From: Clostridium celatum DSM 1785
GTDB taxonomy: Bacteria; Bacillota; Clostridia; Clostridiales; Clostridiaceae
Assembly: GCF_000320405.1 (NCBI RefSeq)
Contig: NZ_KB291616.1
Location: forward strand, 16,833 to 80,832
DNA length: 64,000 nt
Direction: 5' to 3'
Within the stretch, counting starts at the first letter, position 1. The number at the start of each line of letters is the position of its first letter. The notes below the pieces were generated by a model. That model was given only the letters and a program-made list of their open reading frames with translations, had not been told where the DNA came from and searched no databases. Positions 20,315-30,246 of the stretch are shown here, in pieces. The position numbers were made by a program, and so were the translations under genes.

Positions 20315-20893
20315 TTATTGACAAATTCCACCTTTAAGAGCATTTAATGCATCTTCAATTGGATCTGCTTGGAAATATAACCCGCATGTCCTAGCTGGAT
20401 AAGAAGCATTTACATGTGATTTACGTTGTAATGCACAATAAAGTTTTGCTAATTCTAATGATGATCTATCTCTTGAAGTTACTTTTATAATTGCATCTTC
20501 TAAATATTGGATAGAAAGGTCACATAGTATAGATCTTGCAAGTTGAATATCAGTAATTGATTGACAATCAGAGTCACCTACAACAAATCTAAAAACTGAG
20601 CATCCATCACATATTGATTGTATTGAATAACCGTCAATTCTAACTTCTTGACCACATAATTCTTGTAAAACATTGCATATTGTTTGAGGACTTGCCTTTA
20701 TAATAAATTCTGTTCTTATAGTAGTTCTAAAATTTGAACGATTACAGTTATCGTGGTTAGGGCAATCATCATCCATATCAGAATGTCTACAGCACATGTC
20801 ATCCATTGTATCATCGAAGTTGCAGCACATATCCTCTATTCTATCATCGAAATTGCAGCACATATTGTTCATCATATTATCAAAATTTGTCAT
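20315..20893 (-). CDS. Hypothetical Cys-rich protein with a triplicated N-terminal MCCNFDD-type motif
   Basis: N-terminus NNMCCNFDDRIED / MCCNFDDTMDD / MCCRHSDMDDD. Further Cys pairs lie in the C-terminal domain. No confident family assignment. Possibly a spore-coat or metal-binding protein. Confidence 0.5.
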   Translation of the reverse strand: MTNFDNMMNNMCCNFDDRIEDMCCNFDDTMDDMCCRHSDMDDDCPNHDNCNRSNFRTTIRTEFIIKASPQTICNVLQELCGQEVRIDGYSIQSICDGCSVFRFVVGDSDCQSITDIQLARSILCDLSIQYLEDAIIKVTSRDRSSLELAKLYCALQRKSHVNASYPARTCGLYFQADPIEDALNALKGGICQ

Positions 20894-21065
20894 ATTAAAT
20901 TTCCTCCTAAGTTTAATTATATAGATTACTAAATAGTCTATATTACTTTATAATTCATAATATGAAGAAATAGAAAAAAAGTTTAATGTAAAATATATAA
21001 AAGTTTTTAGTAAACTATAGACAAAACTTGTTAAAAAATGTATTATATAAAATATAAAATTTAAT

Positions 21066-21178
21066 AAATCTTCAGGGCAGGGTGAAATTCCCTACCGGCG
21101 GTAAAGCCCGCGAGCTAATTTAAGCACGATTCGGTGAAATTCCGAGGCCGACAGTAAAGTCTGGATGAAAGAAGATAA
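21066..21178 (+). promoter_or_regulatory. FMN riboswitch (RFN element) aptamer
   Basis: CTTCAGGGCAGGGTGAAATTCCCTACCGGCGGTAAAGCCCGCGAGC...GGTGAAATTCCGAGGCCGACAGTAAAGTCTGGATGAAAGAAG matches the conserved FMN aptamer core nearly base for base. Confidence 0.9.
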
Positions 21179-21228
21179 ATAAAAAGTATAGTAATCTTAT
21201 TTAGCTATATTATCTTAGTGTTATTCAT

Positions 21229-21267
21229 GCTCTGAAATATTATATATTTCAGAGCATTTTTATTTTT
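21229..21267 (+). terminator. FMN riboswitch expression-platform terminator
   Basis: GCTCTGAAATAT...ATATTTCAGAGC followed by ATTTTTATTTTT. Confidence 0.7.
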
Positions 21268-21395
21268 AAGTTAGCTTACTTTACAAGTTACATATATTTA
21301 TTAATAAGCTTATTATTATAACTTTTTTAAACATAGTATTTAAGAGTTATTTTTTTAGAAACTTATAGTAAATATGTGTATAATATGTATATAAT

Positions 21396-21427
21396 GCCCT
21401 GAGTGTTTTCTCAGGGCTTATTTTTTT
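21396..21427 (+). terminator. Second intrinsic terminator-like hairpin (GCCCTGAG-TGTTTT-CTCAGGGC plus TTATTTTTTT) between the riboswitch and ribD
   Basis: 8-bp GC-rich stem and a T-tract on the + strand. Lies 59 nt before the ribD RBS. Confidence 0.55.
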
Positions 21428-21485
21428 ACTTAAAGATTTATTTAAATTTTAAATTATAAATAATTGTTAAATGGAGGTGAAAAAA

Positions 21486-22610
21486 TTGGATAAGTTTTAT
21501 ATGAATATTGCTTTACAGTTAGCTAAAAAAGGAAAGGGGAAGGTAAATCCTAATCCATTAGTTGGAGCTATTATTGTAAGGGATGGTGTGATACTTGGAC
21601 GAGGGTATCATAAGGAATATGGGAAAGCTCATGCAGAAGTAAATGCTTTTTTAGATGCTAAAGAAGATATAACAGGGGCAACTATGTATGTAATTTTAGA
21701 ACCCTGTTCTCATTATGGAAAGACCCCCCCTTGTGTAGAAAGAATAATAGAAAATAAAATTTCTAGAGTTGTTATTGGAATGATTGATCCTAATCCATTA
21801 GTAGCAGGAAAAGGAATAGAAAAGCTAAAAAAATCAGGAATTACAGTTACTGTTGGAGTTTTAGAAGAAGAATGTAGAAAATTAAATGAGGTTTTTATTA
21901 AGTACATTACTAAGAATGAACCTTTTGTAGTACTAAAAACAGCAATGTCACTAGATGGTAAAATAGCAACGTCAAGAGGTGAATCAAAATGGATTACAGG
22001 AGAAAAAGCTAGAAATGAGGTTCATAACTTAAGAAATGAATTAGAGGCTATTATGGTTGGAGTAGATACTGTAATAATTGATAATCCAGAGTTAACTTGC
22101 AGATTAGAAAATGGTAGAAATCCAATAAGAATAATAGTAGATAGTACTCTTAAAATACCATTAAATTCAAAGGTATTAAAAAATCAAGATGAAGCAAAGA
22201 CCATTGTGGCTACTAAAAAAGAAGCTATTGAAGAAAAAGTGAAAAAATTAGAAGCCTTAGGTGTAACTGTTTTAAAGATTAGTGATGATAAAGAGTATGA
22301 AAATAATAACATTAGAAATAAAAAAGTGAACTTAAACAATCTCATGAAGGAATTAGGAAAGTTAAATATTGATGGTGTACTTTTAGAAGGAGGAGCAACT
22401 TTAAATTATTCAGCTTTACAAGAAGGTATAGTTGATAAAATACAAGTTTATATAGCACCTAAAATAATTGGAGGTTTAAATTCTAAAGGGCCTGTTGGAG
22501 GTACTGGAATAGACTTCTTGAAAGATGCCTTTAAAATAAATGATTTAACCTCAAAGTTTATTGGTGAAGATATATTGATTGAGGGATATATAGAAAGAGA
22601 GGAATCTTAG
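21486..22610 (+). CDS. ribD: Bifunctional riboflavin biosynthesis deaminase/reductase RibD
   Basis: Reads LDKFYMNIALQLAKKGKGKVNPNPLVGAIIV. The CMP/dCMP deaminase zinc motif HAEVNA...EPCSHYGKTPPC is present, as is the C-terminal reductase domain. TTG 21486 with GGAGGTG 6 nt upstream. The ORF-track start 21471 overlaps the RBS. Confidence 0.85.
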   Translation: MDKFYMNIALQLAKKGKGKVNPNPLVGAIIVRDGVILGRGYHKEYGKAHAEVNAFLDAKEDITGATMYVILEPCSHYGKTPPCVERIIENKISRVVIGMIDPNPLVAGKGIEKLKKSGITVTVGVLEEECRKLNEVFIKYITKNEPFVVLKTAMSLDGKIATSRGESKWITGEKARNEVHNLRNELEAIMVGVDTVIIDNPELTCRLENGRNPIRIIVDSTLKIPLNSKVLKNQDEAKTIVATKKEAIEEKVKKLEALGVTVLKISDDKEYENNNIRNKKVNLNNLMKELGKLNIDGVLLEGGATLNYSALQEGIVDKIQVYIAPKIIGGLNSKGPVGGTGIDFLKDAFKINDLTSKFIGEDILIEGYIEREES

Positions 22611-23264
22611 ATGTTTACTGGTATAGTTGAAGAAATTGGGGTAATTGATGGAATTAAAAGGGGAGAAAAATCTTCAAAGCTATTAATTAGAGGTAGTAAG
22701 GTTTTAGATAAAACTAAACTAGGTGACAGTATTGCAACTAATGGAGTATGTCTTACGGTAACAAGTATAAGTGGAAATATTTTTGAAGTTGATGTTATGG
22801 CAGAAACTTTAAGGAAGAGTAATCTTGGTAAGCTCAATATAGGTAGTAAAGTAAATTTAGAAAGAGCTTTAAATCTTGAAACTAGGCTAGGTGGTCATAT
22901 TGTTAGTGGGCATATAGATGGAATTGGAATTATTACATCATTTATACAAGAAGATAATGCAGTTTGGATTACAGTTAAAGCATCTTTAGATATTTTAAAA
23001 TATGTAGTTTATAAAGGTTCAATAACTATAGATGGAGTAAGCTTAACTATAGCCTATATAGATGATAATTGTTTTAAAGTTTCAATAATCCCACATACAG
23101 CAAAAGAAACAACATTGCTAAATAAAAAAGTTGGAGATAGTGTAAATCTTGAATGTGATTTAATAGGTAAATATGTGGAGAAGCTTTTAGGTTTTGATAT
23201 TAAAAAAAATAACGAAAATAAAAGTTCAATTACTGAAGAATTTCTAAAAAACAATGGATTTTAG
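22611..23264 (+). CDS. ribE: Riboflavin synthase alpha subunit
   Basis: MFTGIVEEIG N-terminus. Duplicated lumazine-binding half-domains. Confidence 0.85.
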   Translation: MFTGIVEEIGVIDGIKRGEKSSKLLIRGSKVLDKTKLGDSIATNGVCLTVTSISGNIFEVDVMAETLRKSNLGKLNIGSKVNLERALNLETRLGGHIVSGHIDGIGIITSFIQEDNAVWITVKASLDILKYVVYKGSITIDGVSLTIAYIDDNCFKVSIIPHTAKETTLLNKKVGDSVNLECDLIGKYVEKLLGFDIKKNNENKSSITEEFLKNNGF

Positions 23265-23346
23265 TAAAGAAAATAATTTAGAGTAGGTTTAAATTAAAGT
23301 TAAGAGTTATATGTAATATTTTATTAAAAAATAAGGAGTGATTTTT

Positions 23347-24543
23347 ATGTATAAGTTTAATAGCATTGAAGAAGCAATAGAAGATATTAAAAAAGGAAAA
23401 TTAGTTGTAGTAATAGATGATGAAGATAGGGAAAATGAAGGCGATTTATTAATGGCTGCTGAAATGGTTACTGCAGAAAGTATTAATTTTATGGCCACTT
23501 TTGGAAGAGGGCTTATTTGTATGCCTATTGAAGAAAATAGAGCAAGAGCTTTAAATTTACATCCAATGGTAGAGCATAACACAGATAATCATGAAACTGC
23601 ATTTACAGTATCTATTGATCATATTAACACTACTACAGGTATTTCAACTTTTGAAAGAGCATTAACTATTAAAAGTGTATTAGAAAGTAATGATGAATTA
23701 GAATTTAGAAGACCAGGACATATTTTCCCATTAATAGCTAAAGAAGGCGGAGTTTTAAAAAGAGTTGGACATACAGAAGCTGCTGTAGATTTAGCAAGAC
23801 TTGCAGGCTTTGAGCCAGCAGGTGTTATATGTGAAATTATGAGTAAAGATGGAACTATGGCAAGAACACCTGAACTTATGGATTTTGCAAAGAAACATAA
23901 TTTAAAAATAATTACTATAGCAGATTTAGTATCATATAGAAGAAGTAATGAAAAGCTAATAGAAAGAGTTGTAGAGATAAAAATGCCTACTAAATATGGT
24001 GATTTTAAAATGTATGGTTTTGTAAATAAGTTAAATGGAGAACATCATGTAGCATTAGTAAAAGGTGAGATAAGTGAAGATGAACCAGTATTAACGCGAG
24101 TTCATTCAGAATGTTTAACTGGAGATGCCTTAGGTTCAAAAAGATGTGATTGTGGTGAGCAATATGATGCTGCCATGAGAAGAATTGCAGAGGAAGGAAA
24201 AGGAATTCTTTTATATATGAGACAGGAAGGAAGAGGTATAGGTCTTATTAATAAGTTAAAGGCTTATGCACTTCAAGATAAGGGATATGATACTGTAGAA
24301 GCTAATATTAAGTTAGGTTTCCCAGCAGATATGAGAGATTATGGTATAGGTGCACAAATTCTTAAAGACTTAGGTGTAAGAAAATTAAAATTAATGACTA
24401 ATAATCCAAGAAAGATTACAGGTTTAAGTAGTTATGATATTGAAATAGTTGAAAGAATAGCAATTCAAATGAATCATAATGAAAATAATGAGTTTTATTT
24501 AAAAACTAAGCAACAAAAACTAGATCATATGCTTAAGTTTTAA
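23347..24543 (+). CDS. ribBA: Bifunctional 3,4-dihydroxy-2-butanone-4-phosphate synthase / GTP cyclohydrolase II
   Basis: DHBP synthase motifs ([11 protein letters not shown]) followed by the GCH-II zinc motif [18 protein letters not shown] 23347 after AAGGAG. Confidence 0.9.
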   Translation: MYKFNSIEEAIEDIKKGKLVVVIDDEDRENEGDLLMAAEMVTAESINFMATFGRGLICMPIEENRARALNLHPMVEHNTDNHETAFTVSIDHINTTTGISTFERALTIKSVLESNDELEFRRPGHIFPLIAKEGGVLKRVGHTEAAVDLARLAGFEPAGVICEIMSKDGTMARTPELMDFAKKHNLKIITIADLVSYRRSNEKLIERVVEIKMPTKYGDFKMYGFVNKLNGEHHVALVKGEISEDEPVLTRVHSECLTGDALGSKRCDCGEQYDAAMRRIAEEGKGILLYMRQEGRGIGLINKLKAYALQDKGYDTVEANIKLGFPADMRDYGIGAQILKDLGVRKLKLMTNNPRKITGLSSYDIEIVERIAIQMNHNENNEFYLKTKQQKLDHMLKF

Positions 24544-24683
24544 TAACTTTTATAAATATAAAGCAAAATTTAACGTTAAATAAAGCATTGTAATAAAAGT
24601 TTAAAGATTTACTTTAATGTTAATATAAAAGTTCAATTAAATATATTAAAAATAAATAATCATAATAAGTGGAGGAATGAAAG

Positions 24684-25145
24684 ATGAAATTTATAGAAGG
24701 AAATTTAGTAGCACAAGGAATTAAAGTTGGAATAGTAGTAGGTAGATTTAATGAATTCATAGTTTCAAAATTATTAGGTGGAGCTTTAGATGGGTTAAAA
24801 AGACATGGGGTAGAAGAAGATAATATAGAAGTGGCTTGGGTACCAGGTGCTTTTGAAATTCCATTAGTAGCTAAAAAGATGGCAAAGAGTGAAAAGTATG
24901 ATGCAGTAATATGTTTAGGAGCAGTTATAAAAGGTTCAACACCTCATTTTGATTATGTTTGTGCAGAAGCTTCAAAGGGAATTGCTTCAGTTTCATTAGC
25001 TACTGAAAAGCCAGTTATTTTTGGAGTTTTAACTACAGACACAATTGAACAAGCTATAGAAAGAGCTGGTACTAAGGCAGGTAATAAAGGTTATGATGCT
25101 GCAGTAACTGCTATTGAAATGGCGAACTTATTAAAGCAATTTTAG
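24684..25145 (+). CDS. ribH: 6,7-dimethyl-8-ribityllumazine synthase
   Basis: 153 aa. [11 protein letters not shown]...VPGAFEIP motifs. Confidence 0.9.
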   Translation: MKFIEGNLVAQGIKVGIVVGRFNEFIVSKLLGGALDGLKRHGVEEDNIEVAWVPGAFEIPLVAKKMAKSEKYDAVICLGAVIKGSTPHFDYVCAEASKGIASVSLATEKPVIFGVLTTDTIEQAIERAGTKAGNKGYDAAVTAIEMANLLKQF

Positions 25146-25168
25146 AGATAAAAAGAATTTTTAATATT

Positions 25169-25852
25169 ATGGATAAAGTTAAAAATACTAATTCAAAAGA
25201 ATTTAAAAATATAAAAAATATAGTCTTTGATTATGATGGAACTCTTCATAATAGTATAAAAATATATGCACCTGCTTTTAGAGAAGCTTATAATTATCTT
25301 ATAGAATCAGGACAAGCTCCAGCTAAAGAGTTTACTGATAAAGAAATTAGTAAATGGCTAGGATTTAGTAGCATTGATATGTGGAATTCTTTTATGCCTA
25401 ATTTAAAAGAAGATGAAAAACTTAAATGTAGCAATATTATCGGTTCGAATATGATTAAGCATATTAATGAAAATGAGGCTGAATTATATGAAGGTACAGT
25501 AGATGTTCTTAATTATTTAAAGAATAAAGGATATAATTTAATATTTCTAAGTAATTGTAAATTAGAATACATGAATAGACATAAGGAAATATTTAGTTTA
25601 GATAAGTATTTTACAGAATTTTATTGTACAGAAGAGTTTGATTTTATTCCTAAATATGAGATATTTAAAATTATAAAAGAGAAATATAATGGGGATTTTT
25701 TAATAATTGGAGATAGGTTTGTAGATATAGAAATTTCAATTATTCATAATGAATTGTCTATAGGATGTAATTATGGATTTGGAGAAACTAATGAACTTAA
25801 AAATGCAAATTTAATTATTAATTATATAAGCGAATTAACGACATTATTATAA
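25169..25852 (+). CDS. HAD superfamily hydrolase (DxDGT motif), 24 nt after ribH. Candidate 5-amino-6-(5-phospho-D-ribitylamino)uracil phosphatase.
   Basis: IVFDYDGTL HAD motif I. Tight linkage to ribH with no intervening terminator. A long-looped hairpin follows at 25888-25945. Confidence 0.65.
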   Translation: MDKVKNTNSKEFKNIKNIVFDYDGTLHNSIKIYAPAFREAYNYLIESGQAPAKEFTDKEISKWLGFSSIDMWNSFMPNLKEDEKLKCSNIIGSNMIKHINENEAELYEGTVDVLNYLKNKGYNLIFLSNCKLEYMNRHKEIFSLDKYFTEFYCTEEFDFIPKYEIFKIIKEKYNGDFLIIGDRFVDIEISIIHNELSIGCNYGFGETNELKNANLIINYISELTTLL

Positions 25853-26075
25853 TTATAATATGAAAATTTAAACAATAAAAATGATGATATAAATAGAAAA
25901 GTGTAATACCTTCTATAAAATATATCATCATTTTTTATAAATTTATATTATTAAAGGATTACGGTTAGTTAAATAATTAGTTGGGCAATATAAAATTATT
26001 AGGTTATTTAGTAAATATGTTTTATTAGTATTTCAGTATATTTACTTAGAATAGATCACAAAGGATGAGAAATAT

Positions 26076-27299
26076 ATGAAAAATAATAATGAGAAAATAC
26101 TTAATAATAAAATCGAAAATTTTACTATTATAAAATTAACTTTAATTGCTTTAATTATAGGTTTATCTTCTGGTTTGATGATTGGCTTATTTTTGATTTT
26201 ACTCAAAAAAGCTATAGATTTAAACTTAAAGTATTATTGCCTTATTTTTATATTACCTATATCAGGTATGTTTATGACATTTTTATATAGTAAATTTGGT
26301 GGTAATGCACAGAAAGGAAATAATTTGCTAATTGAAAACATTAATGATAGTGATGAAAAAATTAATTTTATTATGGCTCCTTTAGTTTTTCTCGGAACAA
26401 TACTTACACATTTATTTGGTGGATCTGTTGGAAGAGAGGGGAGTGGAGTTCAAATTGGGGGCTCTTTTGGTAGCTCATTATCTTATATGTTTAAATGTAA
26501 TAAAGAAGAAAAGAAAATATTAGTTATTAGTGGAATCTCAGCTGGATTTTCTTCTGTATTTGGAACCCCACTTGCTGGAACAGTTTTTGCATTAGAAGTA
26601 TCTAACATTGGTTATTTAAAATATAGTGCCATGTTGCCAGCCATAGCTGCGGCTATAGTTGGTGATTATGTAGTTAGAATTTTAAAGGTTAAGCATACTA
26701 CATTTGATATGATAAAAATAGATACGATATCAATTACAAGTATCTTTAAGATAATAATAATTGCAATTTGTTTTGGACTTGCAAGTAAATTATTTGTTTT
26801 TATGACTGGAGTTTTTAAGAAGTATTTAAACAAATATTTTAAAAATAAGTATTTAAAAATATTTGTTGGTGGTTCATTGATGGTTATTGCTACTTTAATT
26901 ATAGGCAATAGAGTATATAACAATTTAAGTTTAAGTTTATTAACAGGAACATTTACAAAAAATTATAGTAATTTTGCGTTTATAATAAAACTTTTATTAA
27001 CAACTTTATGTCTAGGAGCTGGATATCAAGGTGGGGAGGTAACTCCACTTTTTGTAATAGGGGCCACTTTAGGATCAACACTTGCAGGCTTTATAGGATT
27101 ACCACTTGCAGTTTGTTCTGCACTTGGATTAGTAGGGGTGTTTTCAGGAGCAACAAAGACACCACTTGCATCATTTCTAATGTATTTAGAACTTTTTGGT
27201 TCAACAAATATAATATTTGCACTATTAGTTTGTATTATAAGTGTATTTGTTTCTGGAAAGAAAGGTATTTATTCATCACAAATTTGGCTTAATGAATAA
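26076..27299 (+). CDS. CLC family anion channel/antiporter (possibly the fluoride-specific CLC-F subtype)
   Basis: GREGSGVQIGGSFG (the GxEGx Glu-gate motif) and GTPLAGTVFALE (GxFxP-like) are present. GNNLLIEN replaces the canonical GSGIP. 407 aa, polytopic. Confidence 0.75.
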   Translation: MKNNNEKILNNKIENFTIIKLTLIALIIGLSSGLMIGLFLILLKKAIDLNLKYYCLIFILPISGMFMTFLYSKFGGNAQKGNNLLIENINDSDEKINFIMAPLVFLGTILTHLFGGSVGREGSGVQIGGSFGSSLSYMFKCNKEEKKILVISGISAGFSSVFGTPLAGTVFALEVSNIGYLKYSAMLPAIAAAIVGDYVVRILKVKHTTFDMIKIDTISITSIFKIIIIAICFGLASKLFVFMTGVFKKYLNKYFKNKYLKIFVGGSLMVIATLIIGNRVYNNLSLSLLTGTFTKNYSNFAFIIKLLLTTLCLGAGYQGGEVTPLFVIGATLGSTLAGFIGLPLAVCSALGLVGVFSGATKTPLASFLMYLELFGSTNIIFALLVCIISVFVSGKKGIYSSQIWLNE

Positions 27300-27387
27300 A
27301 TAGATAGAAGTATTTATTAAGATAAAATAGCCTTAAATAAAAAACCTGAATATAATTAAGAGATGCAGCATCATTAGGTGCTGTATT

Positions 27388-27603
27388 TTATTTAACTTTT
27401 TCTTCTAAATTAGTTATAGCTTCAGCATTTTGTTTATAACCATCAAATAAAGCTTCAATTCGAGGTTTTATTTCATTTTCTATAACCATATTAGTTTTAC
27501 TTACTTCACATTCCATTTTATCTAGTCTAGAATTTACTGCTAAAAATCCATTTTGCATTTCATTATACATTTTAGTCATTAAATCAAATATTTCCCTATC
27601 CAT
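27388..27603 (-). CDS. Small hypothetical coiled-coil protein (71 aa)
   Basis: ORF only. No recognised motifs. Confidence 0.35.
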   Translation of the reverse strand: MDREIFDLMTKMYNEMQNGFLAVNSRLDKMECEVSKTNMVIENEIKPRIEALFDGYKQNAEAITNLEEKVK

Positions 27604-27885
27604 AATAAAGCTCCTTTTAAAATATATTTTAATTTATATGGTAATATTTGATTATATGTATTACCATTAGCAAAATAAATTAAATTAAATAGTAGAATTT
27701 AATTATAAATCAACAATTGTTATATTAAAACAAGTAAATTATAGGAATTACACTTTAAGTATTCAAACTTTGAAATAAATATATTCAAATTAATCACTAA
27801 AATACTATTTATATAGTTTAAATGCTATTATCACTTTTAAACTTGGAGAATAAGATATAATGAAACTAATTTTTAAGGAAGTATT

Positions 27886-29343
27886 ATGAGAAAAGAAGTA
27901 ATAATTGATATAAAAAATGCTAATATTACAGGAAATAGTTGTGATGAAACTATAATATTAAAGGGTGATTACTTACATGAAGATAACAATTATGTAGATA
28001 GTGCTAAACTGATAATAAAGAATGAAGAAAATGGAGAAATAAAGGAATGTCCTATTAGTGTAGGTGGATATAACCTTAAAATTTTTACTTGTCATATTAC
28101 TAGTACAAAAAAAGAAGATATTCTTCTTTATGGAGAAACAGGTGGAACAGGAGGATATGCTATTGCAATAGTATATAAATATGAGGATGGAGAGCTTAAA
28201 GAAATTTTTAATGGCGAACATTTCTCAGAGAAATATTGCTGTGTAGGAAAATATTTAGAAAACAAAAAGATAGAAATTGTATGTAAGTATTACGAAAAGA
28301 AATATATACTAGATATTTGTAATATTAACAAAAGATATTTAAATGAAATTTATAATAGGGATGGAAAGGTAATAACTAATGAAGATCCAACAGTATCTTA
28401 TATAAATAAGATTAATCTAATAAAAACTTTAGATAGTGATTTAATGAAGTTAGAGCTCTATTCAAGGATAATAGGAGTAAATAATAGCAACACATTAGGC
28501 GTTATTAAAACACTTATATCTCTTGAAGATGAAAAAGTAGAAATTTTAGAGCAATGTGCAGTAACTTATGGAGAAAGTATTTCAGTACTTCATAGGGGCA
28601 TAGATAGAAAAGAAGAAATATTAAATCAATTACCTGAAGATGCAACTCTTATTAATTTAAATAAGTTTGGTGGAAATAATGGTTTAATAGAAATTGATAT
28701 TGATGGAGATGGAAACAATGAGATTCTTTGTGGTTATAAATCAAAGGGAAATCAATATTTATCAGCTTTTAGAGAAATAAACGGTATATTAAAACAATTA
28801 GATTCAATTGGTGGAGAAGGTTATGATATTTCAGATTTAGTAATAACTCCACTTAAAGTTAAGAGTACTAATAATATACTAGTTGGATGGAGAATAGGAT
28901 CAATTTGGTCAGTACTTGATATATTAGATTTTAAAAATGACAAATTTAATAAACTACTTAAGGGAGAAAAAATAAATTATTCAAAAATTGAAGTTATAGA
29001 ATCAGACTCTAGAAAGGGAGGGGAAAAGACCTTAGCTTTATGGAGTCATGAAGTGGGTGAGGCATATAATATTCAATTGTATGCTTTCAGAGGAGAAAAT
29101 TTCCAAAAGACTTTTAGGAGTGATAGAGGATATTTTGAAAAAGTTGAAGATTATTATAAAGATCTTATTAGTAGGACAAGGGAAACTCCACAGTATTTGT
29201 ATTATTTAATAGATGCACAATATAGGGCAGGAAATAAAAGAGAAGCTATGGAAAATGTAAATAAAGCAATTAAATCTAATAAACCTTATCCTTCTTTAGA
29301 AGAGTTAAAGAGATTAAGAAAAAGAATTGCAAGTATGAGGTAA
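27886..29343 (+). CDS. Hypothetical protein with FG-GAP/VCBS-like Gly-Asp repeats (DIDGDGNNEIL, GETGGTGGYAIA) and a helical C-terminus. No signal peptide seen.
   Basis: 485-aa ORF with coding-like composition. The function calls rest on motifs only. Confidence 0.5.
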   Translation: MRKEVIIDIKNANITGNSCDETIILKGDYLHEDNNYVDSAKLIIKNEENGEIKECPISVGGYNLKIFTCHITSTKKEDILLYGETGGTGGYAIAIVYKYEDGELKEIFNGEHFSEKYCCVGKYLENKKIEIVCKYYEKKYILDICNINKRYLNEIYNRDGKVITNEDPTVSYINKINLIKTLDSDLMKLELYSRIIGVNNSNTLGVIKTLISLEDEKVEILEQCAVTYGESISVLHRGIDRKEEILNQLPEDATLINLNKFGGNNGLIEIDIDGDGNNEILCGYKSKGNQYLSAFREINGILKQLDSIGGEGYDISDLVITPLKVKSTNNILVGWRIGSIWSVLDILDFKNDKFNKLLKGEKINYSKIEVIESDSRKGGEKTLALWSHEVGEAYNIQLYAFRGENFQKTFRSDRGYFEKVEDYYKDLISRTRETPQYLYYLIDAQYRAGNKREAMENVNKAIKSNKPYPSLEELKRLRKRIASMR

Positions 29344-29623
29344 AAGTTAATTGTATAACTAATAACTTAAAATTGCTAATTACTCTTATGTTTTTATAAA
29401 TGCATCTAATAAAATTTACTATGTTTATTAGATGCATTTATTACATTTTTAAAATTAAATATAGTAAACAATATTTATCATTTTAATAATTATTTTATAA
29501 GGGGTAAGTGGTACCTTAAAATCTTCTAGAAGTCAAAATATACTGTAATTTAAATATCAAGAATATAGTTATATTTTTAATATTTATGCATATACATAAT
29601 CATCAATATATAGAGGTGATATT

Positions 29624-30112
29624 ATGTATATTTATAGAATTATCTTAGATGGTCTAATTTTATCATTTTTAATGGCAGTAACCATTATAAGTATTTTAAG
29701 GCTTAATCCAAGATATGAAATGAAAAGTTATCCTAAGGAAATATTAAATGAAGTAGAACCTCAAACAGAAGAAGAAAAGCAAGGCTTTTTAAGAATAGCG
29801 CTACCTATGATGATTTTGATATTTATATTTTTAGTAGATAGAGTAAGAAGTGCTTATCTTAATTCATATGTTACATATGCACTATTATTTTTGCATACTT
29901 TTTTTATTTTAATGATTTGGAATACAATTGATCTTTTATTTATGGATTGGCTATTGTTTTGTACAATAACCCCTAATTTTATTATATTGCCAGGTACAAA
30001 AGGGAATAAAGAATATAAAAATTATAAGTATCATTTTATTAGCTTTTTAAAAGGAATAGTAATTTCAGCTTTTTGTTCGTTAGCTATAGCAGCAATTGTA
30101 ATGATAATATAG
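29624..30112 (+). CDS. Hypothetical integral membrane protein (4-5 TM)
   Basis: Hydrophobic segments present. No family recognised. Confidence 0.45.
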   Translation: MYIYRIILDGLILSFLMAVTIISILRLNPRYEMKSYPKEILNEVEPQTEEEKQGFLRIALPMMILIFIFLVDRVRSAYLNSYVTYALLFLHTFFILMIWNTIDLLFMDWLLFCTITPNFIILPGTKGNKEYKNYKYHFISFLKGIVISAFCSLAIAAIVMII

Positions 30113-30246
30113 AAAAATATGATAATTTTAAAGGCAGCCTTATTTAAAAAATTAATTTCATAAAATATTTTGTCGCAATAAAAAAGAATAAAAAGTATTT
30201 CTTATATGTAATATAGTATTAATAATACTATATTGGGGGGATTAAT

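Noticed and set aside
25853-26075. Fluoride (crcB) riboswitch upstream of the CLC gene
   Set aside because: I looked for the GGNGATGG...CTGATGA(T/C)NCCTAC consensus and found nothing resembling it. The region contains only an AT-rich hairpin that looks like the rib-operon terminator.
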